DNA of 64,000 nucleotides from positions 11,443 through 75,442 of the forward strand of contig PMJQ01000101.1 in NCBI GenBank assembly GCA_003157485.1, given 5' to 3'. The notes beneath the pieces were generated by a model. That model did no database searches. It was given only the letters and a program-made list of their open reading frames with translations, and was not told the DNA's origin. This document shows positions 42,376 through 51,088 of this stretch, piece by piece. The stretch's first letter is position 1; the number at the start of each line of letters is the position of its first letter. This DNA is from Ignavibacteriota bacterium (lineage in GTDB: Bacteria > Bacteroidota > Ignavibacteria > UBA10030 > UBA6906). A program made the position numbers and the translations under genes.

Positions 42376-43505
42376 ACTCCGATCCGCTGCTCCGGCTTCT
42401 TGCCGACCTCGTCGCCATACCGAGCGTGAATCCTATGGGACGCGGCAGGACCGGGGCGGGGTACTCGGAGAATGACGTCGCTGTGTGCGTCGAGGCATAT
42501 CTCCGCGCTCACAGGGTTGATTGCCGCCTGACGGAGGTTGCGCCCGGGCGCCCCAACGTGACGGCGTTTGTCGACGCCGGGGCGGACACGACGCTCCTCC
42601 TGGAAGCTCACACGGACACCGTGAATGCGGACTCGATGACGATTCCTCCGTTTATCCCTGAGGTGAAGAACGGGAGGTTGTACGGGAGGGGATCGTGCGA
42701 CACGAAGGGATCGCTGGCCGCGTTCCTTCACGGCGTCTGCTCGCATCTCGATGCGGGGTGCCGGCTGAGGTTCAATGTCATGATCGTGGCGGCCGCCGAC
42801 GAAGAATATCAGTTCAGCGGCGCTCTGCATGCCGTCGCCGGCGGGCTGAAGGCCGACTTCGCCGTCGTGGGGGAGCCGACGCTTCTTCATATCGTCCGCG
42901 CGCACAAGGGGGTTACCCGCTGGCGCATCGTTACGCGGGGTGTTGCAGCCCATTCCGCGTACCCCGAGAGGGGGGAAAATGCGATATACGCGATGGGACG
43001 AGTTCTCGGGAGGCTCGAGGCGTACGGGACATCTCTGAGAGGTTCCCCGCCCCATCCTCTCCTGGGGCCCCCCTCGTTCAGCGCGGGGGTCATTGAAGGA
43101 GGGGAGGCGGTCAATATCGTCCCCGGCCGGTGCACGCTGGAAGTGGACAGGCGGACGCTCCCCGGAGAGACCGCCGCGCAGGTTCTCGGTGAAGCGGCAG
43201 GCGTGCTTGGAGGCCTCGGCGGGTGGTCGTTCGACCCTCCCCACCTCTCTGTCCCGGGAATGGAAGTGTCCGTGGAGAGCCCGGCTGTCCGTTTCCTTTC
43301 CCTTGCCCTACGTGACGTGTGCGGGGAGACGCAGGTGGAGGCGGCGCAATATGCCACGGACGCGGGGGTGTACAACGGTGCGGGAATACCCGCGGTTGTG
43401 TTCGGGCCCGGCGACATCGCGCAGGCTCACACCGCGGAGGAGTGGATCGATATTGAGAACCTGCACGCGGCTGCGGCCGTGATTCGCAGACTTATTCAAC
43501 ACTAG
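42372..43505 (+). CDS. M20 family metallopeptidase / deacylase (ArgE/DapE-like)
   Basis: 'LVAIPSVNP', 'LLLEAHTDTV', 'GRLYGRGSCDTKGSLAA', 'VAAADEEYQFSG', 'AHTAEEWIDIENL'. ATGA overlap upstream. Confidence 0.85.
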   Translation: MNSDPLLRLLADLVAIPSVNPMGRGRTGAGYSENDVAVCVEAYLRAHRVDCRLTEVAPGRPNVTAFVDAGADTTLLLEAHTDTVNADSMTIPPFIPEVKNGRLYGRGSCDTKGSLAAFLHGVCSHLDAGCRLRFNVMIVAAADEEYQFSGALHAVAGGLKADFAVVGEPTLLHIVRAHKGVTRWRIVTRGVAAHSAYPERGENAIYAMGRVLGRLEAYGTSLRGSPPHPLLGPPSFSAGVIEGGEAVNIVPGRCTLEVDRRTLPGETAAQVLGEAAGVLGGLGGWSFDPPHLSVPGMEVSVESPAVRFLSLALRDVCGETQVEAAQYATDAGVYNGAGIPAVVFGPGDIAQAHTAEEWIDIENLHAAAAVIRRLIQH

Positions 43506-43527
43506 CAATCGAAGGACGAACGAAGAC

Positions 43528-44910
43528 ATGGACGAAACAACGATGGCCTATGATACGCTTCTCATACCGGACACATCAGGATTCACGTTTGGCAGGGCCC
43601 CGAAGCCGGTCGAGTGCGGATCGGGTCTGAATGTCGGGGGCGGGAAGGTCTTTCCCGAGCTGAACTTCACGCTCCCCCCGATGGCGATTACGGCGGGGAC
43701 ATGGCAGTCCGTCATGGCCGAATACAGGGAGATCGGAGAGATGATACTGCGCGCGGCCCCGAGGCTCCGTCTCCCGGGCCTCATGGTGGAATTCGAGCTC
43801 CTTCCCCCGATGACTGAGACGCCGGAGTGGGGGGCGGAGATTGTGACGCTCCTGCACGAGACGCTCCGGCGCCTGCATGAAGAGAGCGGTATTCCCTGCG
43901 CGCTCCGCGTGACGCCGACCGACATAAGGGACATGGAACGCCCCCCGCTCCTCCGCCGGGGGCGCTCGTGGGAGGCGCTGTGCGTTTCTCTCACCTCGTG
44001 CGCGCGCGCGGGTGCGGATCTCCTTTCGATCGAATCGGTCGGCGGCAAGGAAGTGCACGACCAGTCTCTCCTCTACGGGGACGTGCACGGAATGATCTTC
44101 GCCCTGGGCGTCCTTGCTCCGCGTGACATGGAATTTCTCTGGGACGCGATCGTGCGGATCTGCAAAGAGACTGGGGTCGTCCCCGGTGCCGACTCGGCGT
44201 GCGGATTTGCGAACACTGCGATGCAGCTGGCTGGACAGGGGATGCTCCCCGAGGTCCTGGCTGCCGTCGTACGCGCCGCCTCCGCGGTCAGGAGCCTCGT
44301 CGCATTCTCGCGCGGGGCCGTGGGCCCTTCCAAGGATTGTGCGTACGAAGGACCTGTGATCAAGGCCATCACCGGAGCTCCGATCTCCATGGAAGGGAAA
44401 TCGGCGTCATGCGCGCATTTCAGCCCGGTGGGGAATATCGCCTCCGCGCTGTGCGACCTCTGGAGTAACGAATCGGTCCAAAACGTCAGGCTCCTCTCCG
44501 GATCCGCCCCCGAAGCGTTTCTGGAATCTCTTGCGTACGACTGCCGGGTCATGAACCAGGCGCTCCGCAGTGGGCGTGAGAGGGAGTACCGCGACCTCCT
44601 TGTCGAATCTGATGTCCATCTGAGCCCACAGGCGCTTGTCCTCTCCCCGGATTCCACGATCAGGATTGCGGAGTCTATCGTCCGGGAAACGACGCCGTAT
44701 CGTCAGACATGCTCCGCGGCCCGTGAGGCGGTCACGCTGATCCGGGATGCGATACGCGAGGAGAGGCTCGTTATCCCGAAGCGGGAGTCGCAGTGGCTCG
44801 ACAGGATAGAATCCGCTCTCGATTCTCTTCCTGAAAAGGAAGAGGAGCTGATCGCGCCCATGATCGGGAGCTACGGCAGCCTGTTCACCCCGTCGAGTTA
44901 CGGACTCTGA
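43528..44910 (+). CDS. mtaB: MtaB-family methyltransferase (methanol:corrinoid methyltransferase homolog)
   Basis: Full-length collinear similarity to my recollection of Methanosarcina MtaB: 'ADLLSIESVGGKEVHD', 'GADSACGFANTAM', 'AVGPSKDCAYEGPVIKAITGAPISMEGKSASCAH', 'CDLWSNESVQ', 'LAYDCRVMNQAL', C-terminal '...PSSYGL'. Confidence 0.8.
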   Translation: MDETTMAYDTLLIPDTSGFTFGRAPKPVECGSGLNVGGGKVFPELNFTLPPMAITAGTWQSVMAEYREIGEMILRAAPRLRLPGLMVEFELLPPMTETPEWGAEIVTLLHETLRRLHEESGIPCALRVTPTDIRDMERPPLLRRGRSWEALCVSLTSCARAGADLLSIESVGGKEVHDQSLLYGDVHGMIFALGVLAPRDMEFLWDAIVRICKETGVVPGADSACGFANTAMQLAGQGMLPEVLAAVVRAASAVRSLVAFSRGAVGPSKDCAYEGPVIKAITGAPISMEGKSASCAHFSPVGNIASALCDLWSNESVQNVRLLSGSAPEAFLESLAYDCRVMNQALRSGREREYRDLLVESDVHLSPQALVLSPDSTIRIAESIVRETTPYRQTCSAAREAVTLIRDAIREERLVIPKRESQWLDRIESALDSLPEKEEELIAPMIGSYGSLFTPSSYGL

Positions 44911-44918
44911 GTGAGACC

Positions 44919-45869
44919 ATGAGCGCGTCGGCGGCCCTTGGAGAGTGGATCATGGGACTGGATATCGGCGGGACAAAGACCGCCGTTGTCGCAGGAGACT
45001 CACTCGGCGGCGTCCTCCACCGTGATCAGTTTCCCACAGAACCGGCGCGGGGGTTCAGTGACGTCTATGCCCGGATACAGAGATCGATGGCCCGGGTTGC
45101 GTCGCACATGGGGAGTTCCCCGCACGCGGTGAGCGTCTCCATCGGCGGCCCTCTCGATGTCCGGCGGGGGATCATCAAGTCACCGCCGAACCTCCCGGGG
45201 TGGACGGACATCCCGCTTAAGGAGATGCTCTCCCGGGAGTTCCCTGTCCCCGTGTTCGTCGAACACGACGGGAACGCGGGTGCGCTGGCTGAATGGTACT
45301 TCGGGGCCGGAAAGGGGTTCAGGAACATCGTGTTTGTGACAATGGGGACGGGGTTCGGGGCGGGACTGATACTGGACGGGAGGCTTTACAGGGGGACGAG
45401 CGATGTGGCCGGGGAGATCGGTCATGTGCGCGTTGCCGAGGAAGGGCCCGACTGCTACGGCAAAGCGGGCTCGCTTGAAGGATTCGGCAGCGGAACGGGG
45501 ATCGCGCGCCTCGCCCGGACGATGTACCCCGCTCTCTGGGGCGAAGACTCCACGGTCATCGACGTTGAGGAATCGTACAGGGGGGGATCGCGCGAGGCGG
45601 CGTCTGTTTTTTCAAGGGCCGCGATCGGTCTGGGGCGCGGACTGGCGATCGTGGCCGATATGCTGAATCCCGAGCGGATCATACTCGGCGGGCTCGGCAT
45701 GCGTCTCTCGGAGTCGCTCGTCAGACCCGCTATGAGGATCTATGAGGCCGAGGCTCTTCCCGGGGCTCGGAACGTGTGCGAGATCGTCCCGGCCGGCCTG
45801 GGTGAGAGGATCGGCGACATCGCCGCTCTCTGCGCTGCATACGACCAGGGCGCACTCCTCGCGCCCTGA
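44919..45869 (+). CDS. ROK family sugar kinase
   Basis: 'MGLDIGGTKTAVV', 'VFVEHDGNAGALAEW', 'GTGFGAGLILDGRLYRG', 'AGEIGHVRV...CYGKAGSLE'. The start may be the internal 'MGLDIGG' at 44952. Confidence 0.85.
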   Translation: MSASAALGEWIMGLDIGGTKTAVVAGDSLGGVLHRDQFPTEPARGFSDVYARIQRSMARVASHMGSSPHAVSVSIGGPLDVRRGIIKSPPNLPGWTDIPLKEMLSREFPVPVFVEHDGNAGALAEWYFGAGKGFRNIVFVTMGTGFGAGLILDGRLYRGTSDVAGEIGHVRVAEEGPDCYGKAGSLEGFGSGTGIARLARTMYPALWGEDSTVIDVEESYRGGSREAASVFSRAAIGLGRGLAIVADMLNPERIILGGLGMRLSESLVRPAMRIYEAEALPGARNVCEIVPAGLGERIGDIAALCAAYDQGALLAP

Positions 45870-45908
45870 TGTGCCGCCGGGGAAAATTCACATGACACGG
45901 AGATTCAC

Positions 45909-47048
45909 ATGAGAGAGCTTGCGATCCCCCTGGATCACCCTTCACCCGACGGGGGCGAATTCATCGACATACTCTCGGGGCGGTCCCCTTCACACAGGGT
46001 CCCTCTCGTCGAATATCTCGTGGACGACGCAGTGATGAAGCCGGTCCTGGAGGAGATGCTCGGACGGCGGTGGGTCAACCCCGGCAGTGACAGGGAGTCG
46101 CAGCGGGCCTCTCTCGACAACCGCATTGAATTCTGGTACCGGATGGGATACGATTTCATCCGGCACGAGGAGAGCCTCCCGCTGCCGGAGAAAAAACTCA
46201 TGGGGCATGATCCGGCGATGCCCGTGGCGCAGAAGGCGCCGCCGGATGCGCCGGCTCGTCTGTGGGCGGACGAGCATCAGGGTGCGATCATGTCATGGGA
46301 GGATTTTGAGAAGTATCCCTGGCCTGCCGTGGAAGAATTTGATTTCTTCGGATACGAGTACCTGAGCCGGAACCTCCCGGAGGGGATGGGGCTCGTCGCC
46401 TGCCACGCCGGAGGGGTGTTCGAACATCTCTCATGGATCATGTCTCTCGAGGGGCTCTCTGTGGCGCTTCACGAAGATCCGGAGCTCGTCAGAGCGGTCG
46501 CAGACAGGCTGGGGCATCTGATGGAGGGGTTCTACAGGCACGTCCTTGATCTCGATAACCTCATCGCCGTCTTCCCCGGGGACGACATGGGGTACAAGTC
46601 GGCGACGCTCGTGGCGCCCGGGATTCTCCGGACGTATGTTCTCCCCTGGCATGCGAGGTTTGCGGCGATGACGCACGCGAAGAATCTTCCCTATTACCTC
46701 CACTCCTGCGGCAGGGTGGATGCGGTCATGGAGGACCTGATCACGGACGTGGGAATCGACGGAAAACATTCGTTCGAGGACGGCATCGTCCCCGTCCAGG
46801 ATTTCCAGGCCAGGTACGGCGGCAGGATCGCTGTCCTCGGGGGGATCGACATCAACATACTCGCAGGCCCTTCCCCTGATGACGTGCGGCACGCGACGAG
46901 CCGGCTGATCACCGTGTGCGGATCGCGCGGCCGCTACGCCGTCGGATCGGGGAACTCCATCCCGAGTTACGTCCCATGCGGAAATTATCTCGCCATGATC
47001 GACGAGGCGCACCGCGCGAACAATGATATGCTCTCTCCCCGGAGATAA
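45909..47048 (+). CDS. uroporphyrinogen decarboxylase (UROD) family protein, MtaA/CmuA-like, with H-x-C-G motif
   Basis: 'VFPGDDMGYKSATLVAPGILRTYVLPWHARF', 'YYLHSCGRVDAVMEDLITDVGIDGKHSFED', 'AVGSGNSIPSYVPCGNYLAM'. Confidence 0.75.
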   Translation: MRELAIPLDHPSPDGGEFIDILSGRSPSHRVPLVEYLVDDAVMKPVLEEMLGRRWVNPGSDRESQRASLDNRIEFWYRMGYDFIRHEESLPLPEKKLMGHDPAMPVAQKAPPDAPARLWADEHQGAIMSWEDFEKYPWPAVEEFDFFGYEYLSRNLPEGMGLVACHAGGVFEHLSWIMSLEGLSVALHEDPELVRAVADRLGHLMEGFYRHVLDLDNLIAVFPGDDMGYKSATLVAPGILRTYVLPWHARFAAMTHAKNLPYYLHSCGRVDAVMEDLITDVGIDGKHSFEDGIVPVQDFQARYGGRIAVLGGIDINILAGPSPDDVRHATSRLITVCGSRGRYAVGSGNSIPSYVPCGNYLAMIDEAHRANNDMLSPRR

Positions 47049-47057
47049 GGAGGTCAA

Positions 47058-49316
47058 GTGAAGGTTCGCCTGACGATGGTCCTGCTCTGCGCGCTCGCGT
47101 TTCAGGTTGTGCAGGCACAGAAGCGGGAGTACCTGGAGGACATACGCGCCGCGGCGGAAAAAGGGTGGAATGACGACCCCGCTGTTGTCGCCGCGTGGAA
47201 GAAGCACGCGGATCCGAACGTCCTCTGGGGATACAACCCGCCGGCGCATCCCGTCTATTGTGCGGCCGTGTCCGGCTTCCTCTTTGAACAGACGCACGAG
47301 CGTGTGTACGCCGAGAGAGCGGCCGCGCTTCTCAGTTCGTACGGCGATCTCCGGGCCTCGATCCCTCACGGGTACGCCGGGTCGCGCATCGAGTACGAAA
47401 ACGGCGTCCCGTCCCTCACGAACTTCTTCTTCCTTCCCCCGTACGTCCGAGCATATCTCGCGATCCGGTCAAGCGACGCGCTTGACGCACGCCAACGCGC
47501 GAATATCGAAGGAGAGATCGCGGAGAGCGTCGACTTCATATTCCGCTTCCCCGAGTGGGGGGCACACAACCGCGCCATGCTCAGGGCAGAGGCCCTTGCG
47601 TACGCCGCGCTGGCGCTCCCGTCCCATCCGCATGCGGCGAAGTGGAGGCAAATGGCGCAGGTCCTCGCCTCGGACAATATCCGTTCCTGGGAGATCGAAG
47701 ACGCGTCGAACTACAACCCGGTCTGGCTTCACGCCCTCTTCTCGTATGCCTCCGCCGCGGGGGATTCGGGGGTGTACACCTCGGCGGTGATGAGATACTA
47801 CATGGAGTACTACACGAGGCTCATCTCCCCCGCCGGGACCGTTCCCGATTTCGGAGACGCGGGATGGAATAACGCCTCCGGAGGGCTCCGTCTCGTGGCG
47901 GTGTTCGAGAAAGGCGCGGCGGTGTTCCGCGATCCCGCATTGAAATGGGCCGCACAGTCCGTGTACAACACCGCGAAGAGGAGAGAGAGCATTCTCGGGA
48001 TAGACGAGGCATATCACCTCGCGGATGCGTTCCGCTGGGCCGCGGAGTCCGTTTCCCCGGTCGTCCCTTCCGGCGGGAGCCAGGAGGTTCTGGACGATGT
48101 CGTGGGGAAGAAGGTGGTCTTCCGCGGGGGGTGGGATTCTTCCGCGTCGTATCTCCTTCTCAACTACAGGGACGAGGGGGACGGAGGATGGCTCTCCCGG
48201 CAGTACCTTCGTCAGACGATCACCGTCGAGGAGGAAAAGATGACGCACGGCCATGCCGACGAGAATTCGATCGTGCTCCTGATGGACAGGGGATCCGTCC
48301 TGCTTCACGACGGGGGGTACAGAGATTCCCTCCCGAGCGGCCGGTTCGGCGCGTGGAGGCAGGATTACTTCCACAATCGGATTGTCGCGCGGAAGAACAA
48401 GCGCGACATGAGCCAGTCGCTCCTTGCATTCGTGCGGAACTCCGGAGCGTACCGCCGCGTGAAAACCGAAAAGATCGATTTTCTTGCGCTTCGCTCGGTC
48501 GACATGAGCCGGACGCGGCTCGTGGACGAGGAACTCGGGTATCGCTGGGACCGCGTGATCACGTGGGTGAGGGACCCGGGGTACTATGTCGTTGTTGACG
48601 GCATACAGGCCATCCGCCCGGAGTATTTCACGTTTGCCTCGCTCTGGCACGCGCAGAACGTCCTGGAGCGGGGGGAGCATTACTTCGACATTGCCACGGA
48701 TTCCGTCCCGGGATACAGGTTTCCGCCGGGGCGGTCTCTCCTCGTCTTCTTCCCGGAGACATACGCGAAAACCGAGGGGGTGGAGGATGAGCGGAGGCAC
48801 TCCCAGCAGGAGCACGTCGTGTTCCAGACGATCTCGAGCCAGTACAAGGCGCTCGACATGGAGCTCTTCGTCACCGTTCTCGTGCCGCACGACCGTTCGG
48901 TCTCACCCCGTTCGTTCATCCCCGCCTTCCGGCTTCTCCCGACGTCCGCCCCCTACCGCGCCGTGGCGCTTGAGGTCACGCGGGGAAACCTCAAGAGCAC
49001 GCTCTTTGTGAAGCTCGACCTTGAAATGGAAATTGCGCGCGAGAACATCCGCCCGCGGTATCTCTACGATGCCGGCAGGGTCAGGTTCGGGGACTTTGAG
49101 ACCGACGCCCACTTCCTCTACGCGGAGGAGACCCCCGACTCGATCCGGTATTCCGCTTCGAACATGCTGAAAGTCGTCTACAGGGGGAAAGCGCTCATGG
49201 AGGCGCTTCCGAACACGCACGGGCTCCAGCCCGACGGCGGGCCGGACAACCACGTCGGGTACTCGAAATGGCGGTACTGGGAAGAAGCGTTCTCACTCAA
49301 GGAAAAGGGACAATGA
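47058..49316 (+). CDS. secreted heparinase II/III-like polysaccharide lyase family protein
   Basis: GTG start with SD AAGGAGG 5 nt upstream. Signal 'MKVRLTMVLLCALAFQVVQAQ'. 'EWGAHNRAMLRAEALAYAALAL', 'THGHADENSIVLLMDRGSVLLHDGGY'. Confidence 0.7.
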   Translation: MKVRLTMVLLCALAFQVVQAQKREYLEDIRAAAEKGWNDDPAVVAAWKKHADPNVLWGYNPPAHPVYCAAVSGFLFEQTHERVYAERAAALLSSYGDLRASIPHGYAGSRIEYENGVPSLTNFFFLPPYVRAYLAIRSSDALDARQRANIEGEIAESVDFIFRFPEWGAHNRAMLRAEALAYAALALPSHPHAAKWRQMAQVLASDNIRSWEIEDASNYNPVWLHALFSYASAAGDSGVYTSAVMRYYMEYYTRLISPAGTVPDFGDAGWNNASGGLRLVAVFEKGAAVFRDPALKWAAQSVYNTAKRRESILGIDEAYHLADAFRWAAESVSPVVPSGGSQEVLDDVVGKKVVFRGGWDSSASYLLLNYRDEGDGGWLSRQYLRQTITVEEEKMTHGHADENSIVLLMDRGSVLLHDGGYRDSLPSGRFGAWRQDYFHNRIVARKNKRDMSQSLLAFVRNSGAYRRVKTEKIDFLALRSVDMSRTRLVDEELGYRWDRVITWVRDPGYYVVVDGIQAIRPEYFTFASLWHAQNVLERGEHYFDIATDSVPGYRFPPGRSLLVFFPETYAKTEGVEDERRHSQQEHVVFQTISSQYKALDMELFVTVLVPHDRSVSPRSFIPAFRLLPTSAPYRAVALEVTRGNLKSTLFVKLDLEMEIARENIRPRYLYDAGRVRFGDFETDAHFLYAEETPDSIRYSASNMLKVVYRGKALMEALPNTHGLQPDGGPDNHVGYSKWRYWEEAFSLKEKGQ

Positions 49317-50155
49317 AAACAACGACGGTGAATTCGGGCCGCACGATACGCATACAGAGGATCTGGAAACACCCCCGTGCGGTCATCATCCCCTATGATC
49401 ACGGCACCTACTCGGGAGTTGTCAAAGGACTCGAGGACCCCCTGCGCCTCACGGAGAGGATCGCCCGTTCGAAGGCCGACGCGGTTCTCGTGACGCCGGG
49501 CGTCCTCAGGATCATCGCCCCGGCCGTCGGAAATCTCGGCGTCGTCCTCAGGATCGACGGCGCGTATACGTCATACGCCACTGCCCCGACTGATTTCCTC
49601 TCGATGATAACGCCGGAGGACGCCCTGCGGCTCGGCGCGGATGCGGTGATCGTCTTCACGTTCATCGGCATTCCGGACGAGGCGTCTTCACTCCAACGGC
49701 TGGGGCGGACCTCCGCGGACGCCGGGCTGTGGGGGATCCCTCTCATCGCGGAAGTCCTCGCTCCCGGCTACCTGAACAATCACTTCGGCACGGATATATT
49801 CCCCCGTGCGGGGCGGAAGACGGATATGGTCGCCGACACGAGGAATGTCTCGCGCATCGCCATGGAGGCGGGGGCGGAGATCATCAAGACGAGGTACACG
49901 GGGGACGTCGCCGGGTTCCGCTCCGTCGTGGAAACCTGCGGGGCGCCCGTGATCGTCGCCGGGGGGCCGAAACTGGACGGGACGGACGAATCCCTTCTCC
50001 GGCTCGCGCACGATTGCATGGGCGCGGGGGCCGCCGGGATCATATTCGGCCGGAACGTCTGGCAGCACCCGAAAATGGAACGCCTGATCAACGCGATCTG
50101 CGCGATCGTCCATGAGGAGGAGAGCGTCCAGTCCGCCCTGAAACTGCTCAGATGA
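49313..50155 (+). CDS. class I aldolase of the DhnA/FbaB (DeoC/LacD superfamily) type
   Basis: 'AVIIPYDHG', 'DAVLVTPG', 'AEIIKTRYTGD' (Schiff-base Lys context), 'APVIVAGGPK', 'AGIIFGRNVWQHP'. ATGA overlap upstream. Confidence 0.75.
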   Translation: MKTTTVNSGRTIRIQRIWKHPRAVIIPYDHGTYSGVVKGLEDPLRLTERIARSKADAVLVTPGVLRIIAPAVGNLGVVLRIDGAYTSYATAPTDFLSMITPEDALRLGADAVIVFTFIGIPDEASSLQRLGRTSADAGLWGIPLIAEVLAPGYLNNHFGTDIFPRAGRKTDMVADTRNVSRIAMEAGAEIIKTRYTGDVAGFRSVVETCGAPVIVAGGPKLDGTDESLLRLAHDCMGAGAAGIIFGRNVWQHPKMERLINAICAIVHEEESVQSALKLLR

Positions 50156-51078
50156 TACTGACGGTCACGCTGAACCCGATGCTGGACAAGACGGTCTCCG
50201 TCGGCGCACTGCGCCGGGGGGCCGTCACGCGTGCCTCCGGCGTGTCGATGATCGTCGGGGGAAAAGGGGTCAATGTGTCACGGCAGCTGCGCACGCTTGG
50301 AGAGGAGACGCTCGCCACCGGGTTTGTCGGGGGCGAAATTGGCTCGCTCCTGGAGAGGCTCCTTGACGGCGAGGGGATTGCGCACCGGTTCATCCGCACA
50401 GGGGGGATGACCCGGGAAGGCGTTACATACCTGGAGCCGGACGGTACGATGACGTCCGTGTTCGAGCCCCCCGGTGCGGTGACCCGCGCGGAAGTGGAGC
50501 GCCTCCTGGAAACGTGCGATGCGCTCGCCGGGAAGAGCGACTGGGTTGTCTGCAGCGGAAGCTCCCCCGCGCCTGATGCGGACGACGTATTCCGGACAAT
50601 CGCCGCGTCGTGCCGATCGCGCGGCGTTCCCGTGGTCCTCGATTCGTACGGCAACGCGCTCGTGCGGGGCCTCGAGTCCGTTCCCGACATACTGAAGCCG
50701 AACAGGGAGGAATACGAGCAGGCGTTCGGGACGCACATTTCGGGGGAAAGCGGCATGATCGCCGCGGCGCGGGACCTCGTCGGCCGCGGGGTCCGGTATG
50801 CAATCGTGACCGACGGGGCGCGCCCGTTTGCGGCCGCTGACGCGGACGGAGCGTGGATCGTCACACCGCCGCGTGTGACATCCGTCGACCCGACGGGGTC
50901 GGGGGACAGCATGATTGCGGGTATGCTCTACGGGCTCAGAAGGTCCTGGCCGTTCGCCGACTGTGTGCGGTTCGGGGCAGCCTCCGGCGCCGCCAATGCC
51001 CGGGTCCGGGAGGTCGCGCGCTCCTCCCGGGAGGTGATCGAGCCGCTCCTCCCGGACGTCGTCATGAAACGCATATAA
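50152..51078 (+). CDS. 1-phosphofructokinase / tagatose-6-phosphate kinase-type PfkB hexose-phosphate kinase
   Basis: 'MILTVTLNPMLDKT', 'GGKGVNVSRQL', 'DILKPNREE', 'VDPTGSGDSMIAGMLYGL'. ATGA overlap upstream. Confidence 0.8.
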   Translation: MILTVTLNPMLDKTVSVGALRRGAVTRASGVSMIVGGKGVNVSRQLRTLGEETLATGFVGGEIGSLLERLLDGEGIAHRFIRTGGMTREGVTYLEPDGTMTSVFEPPGAVTRAEVERLLETCDALAGKSDWVVCSGSSPAPDADDVFRTIAASCRSRGVPVVLDSYGNALVRGLESVPDILKPNREEYEQAFGTHISGESGMIAAARDLVGRGVRYAIVTDGARPFAAADADGAWIVTPPRVTSVDPTGSGDSMIAGMLYGLRRSWPFADCVRFGAASGAANARVREVARSSREVIEPLLPDVVMKRI

Positions 51079-51088
51079 CTCTTCCCGG

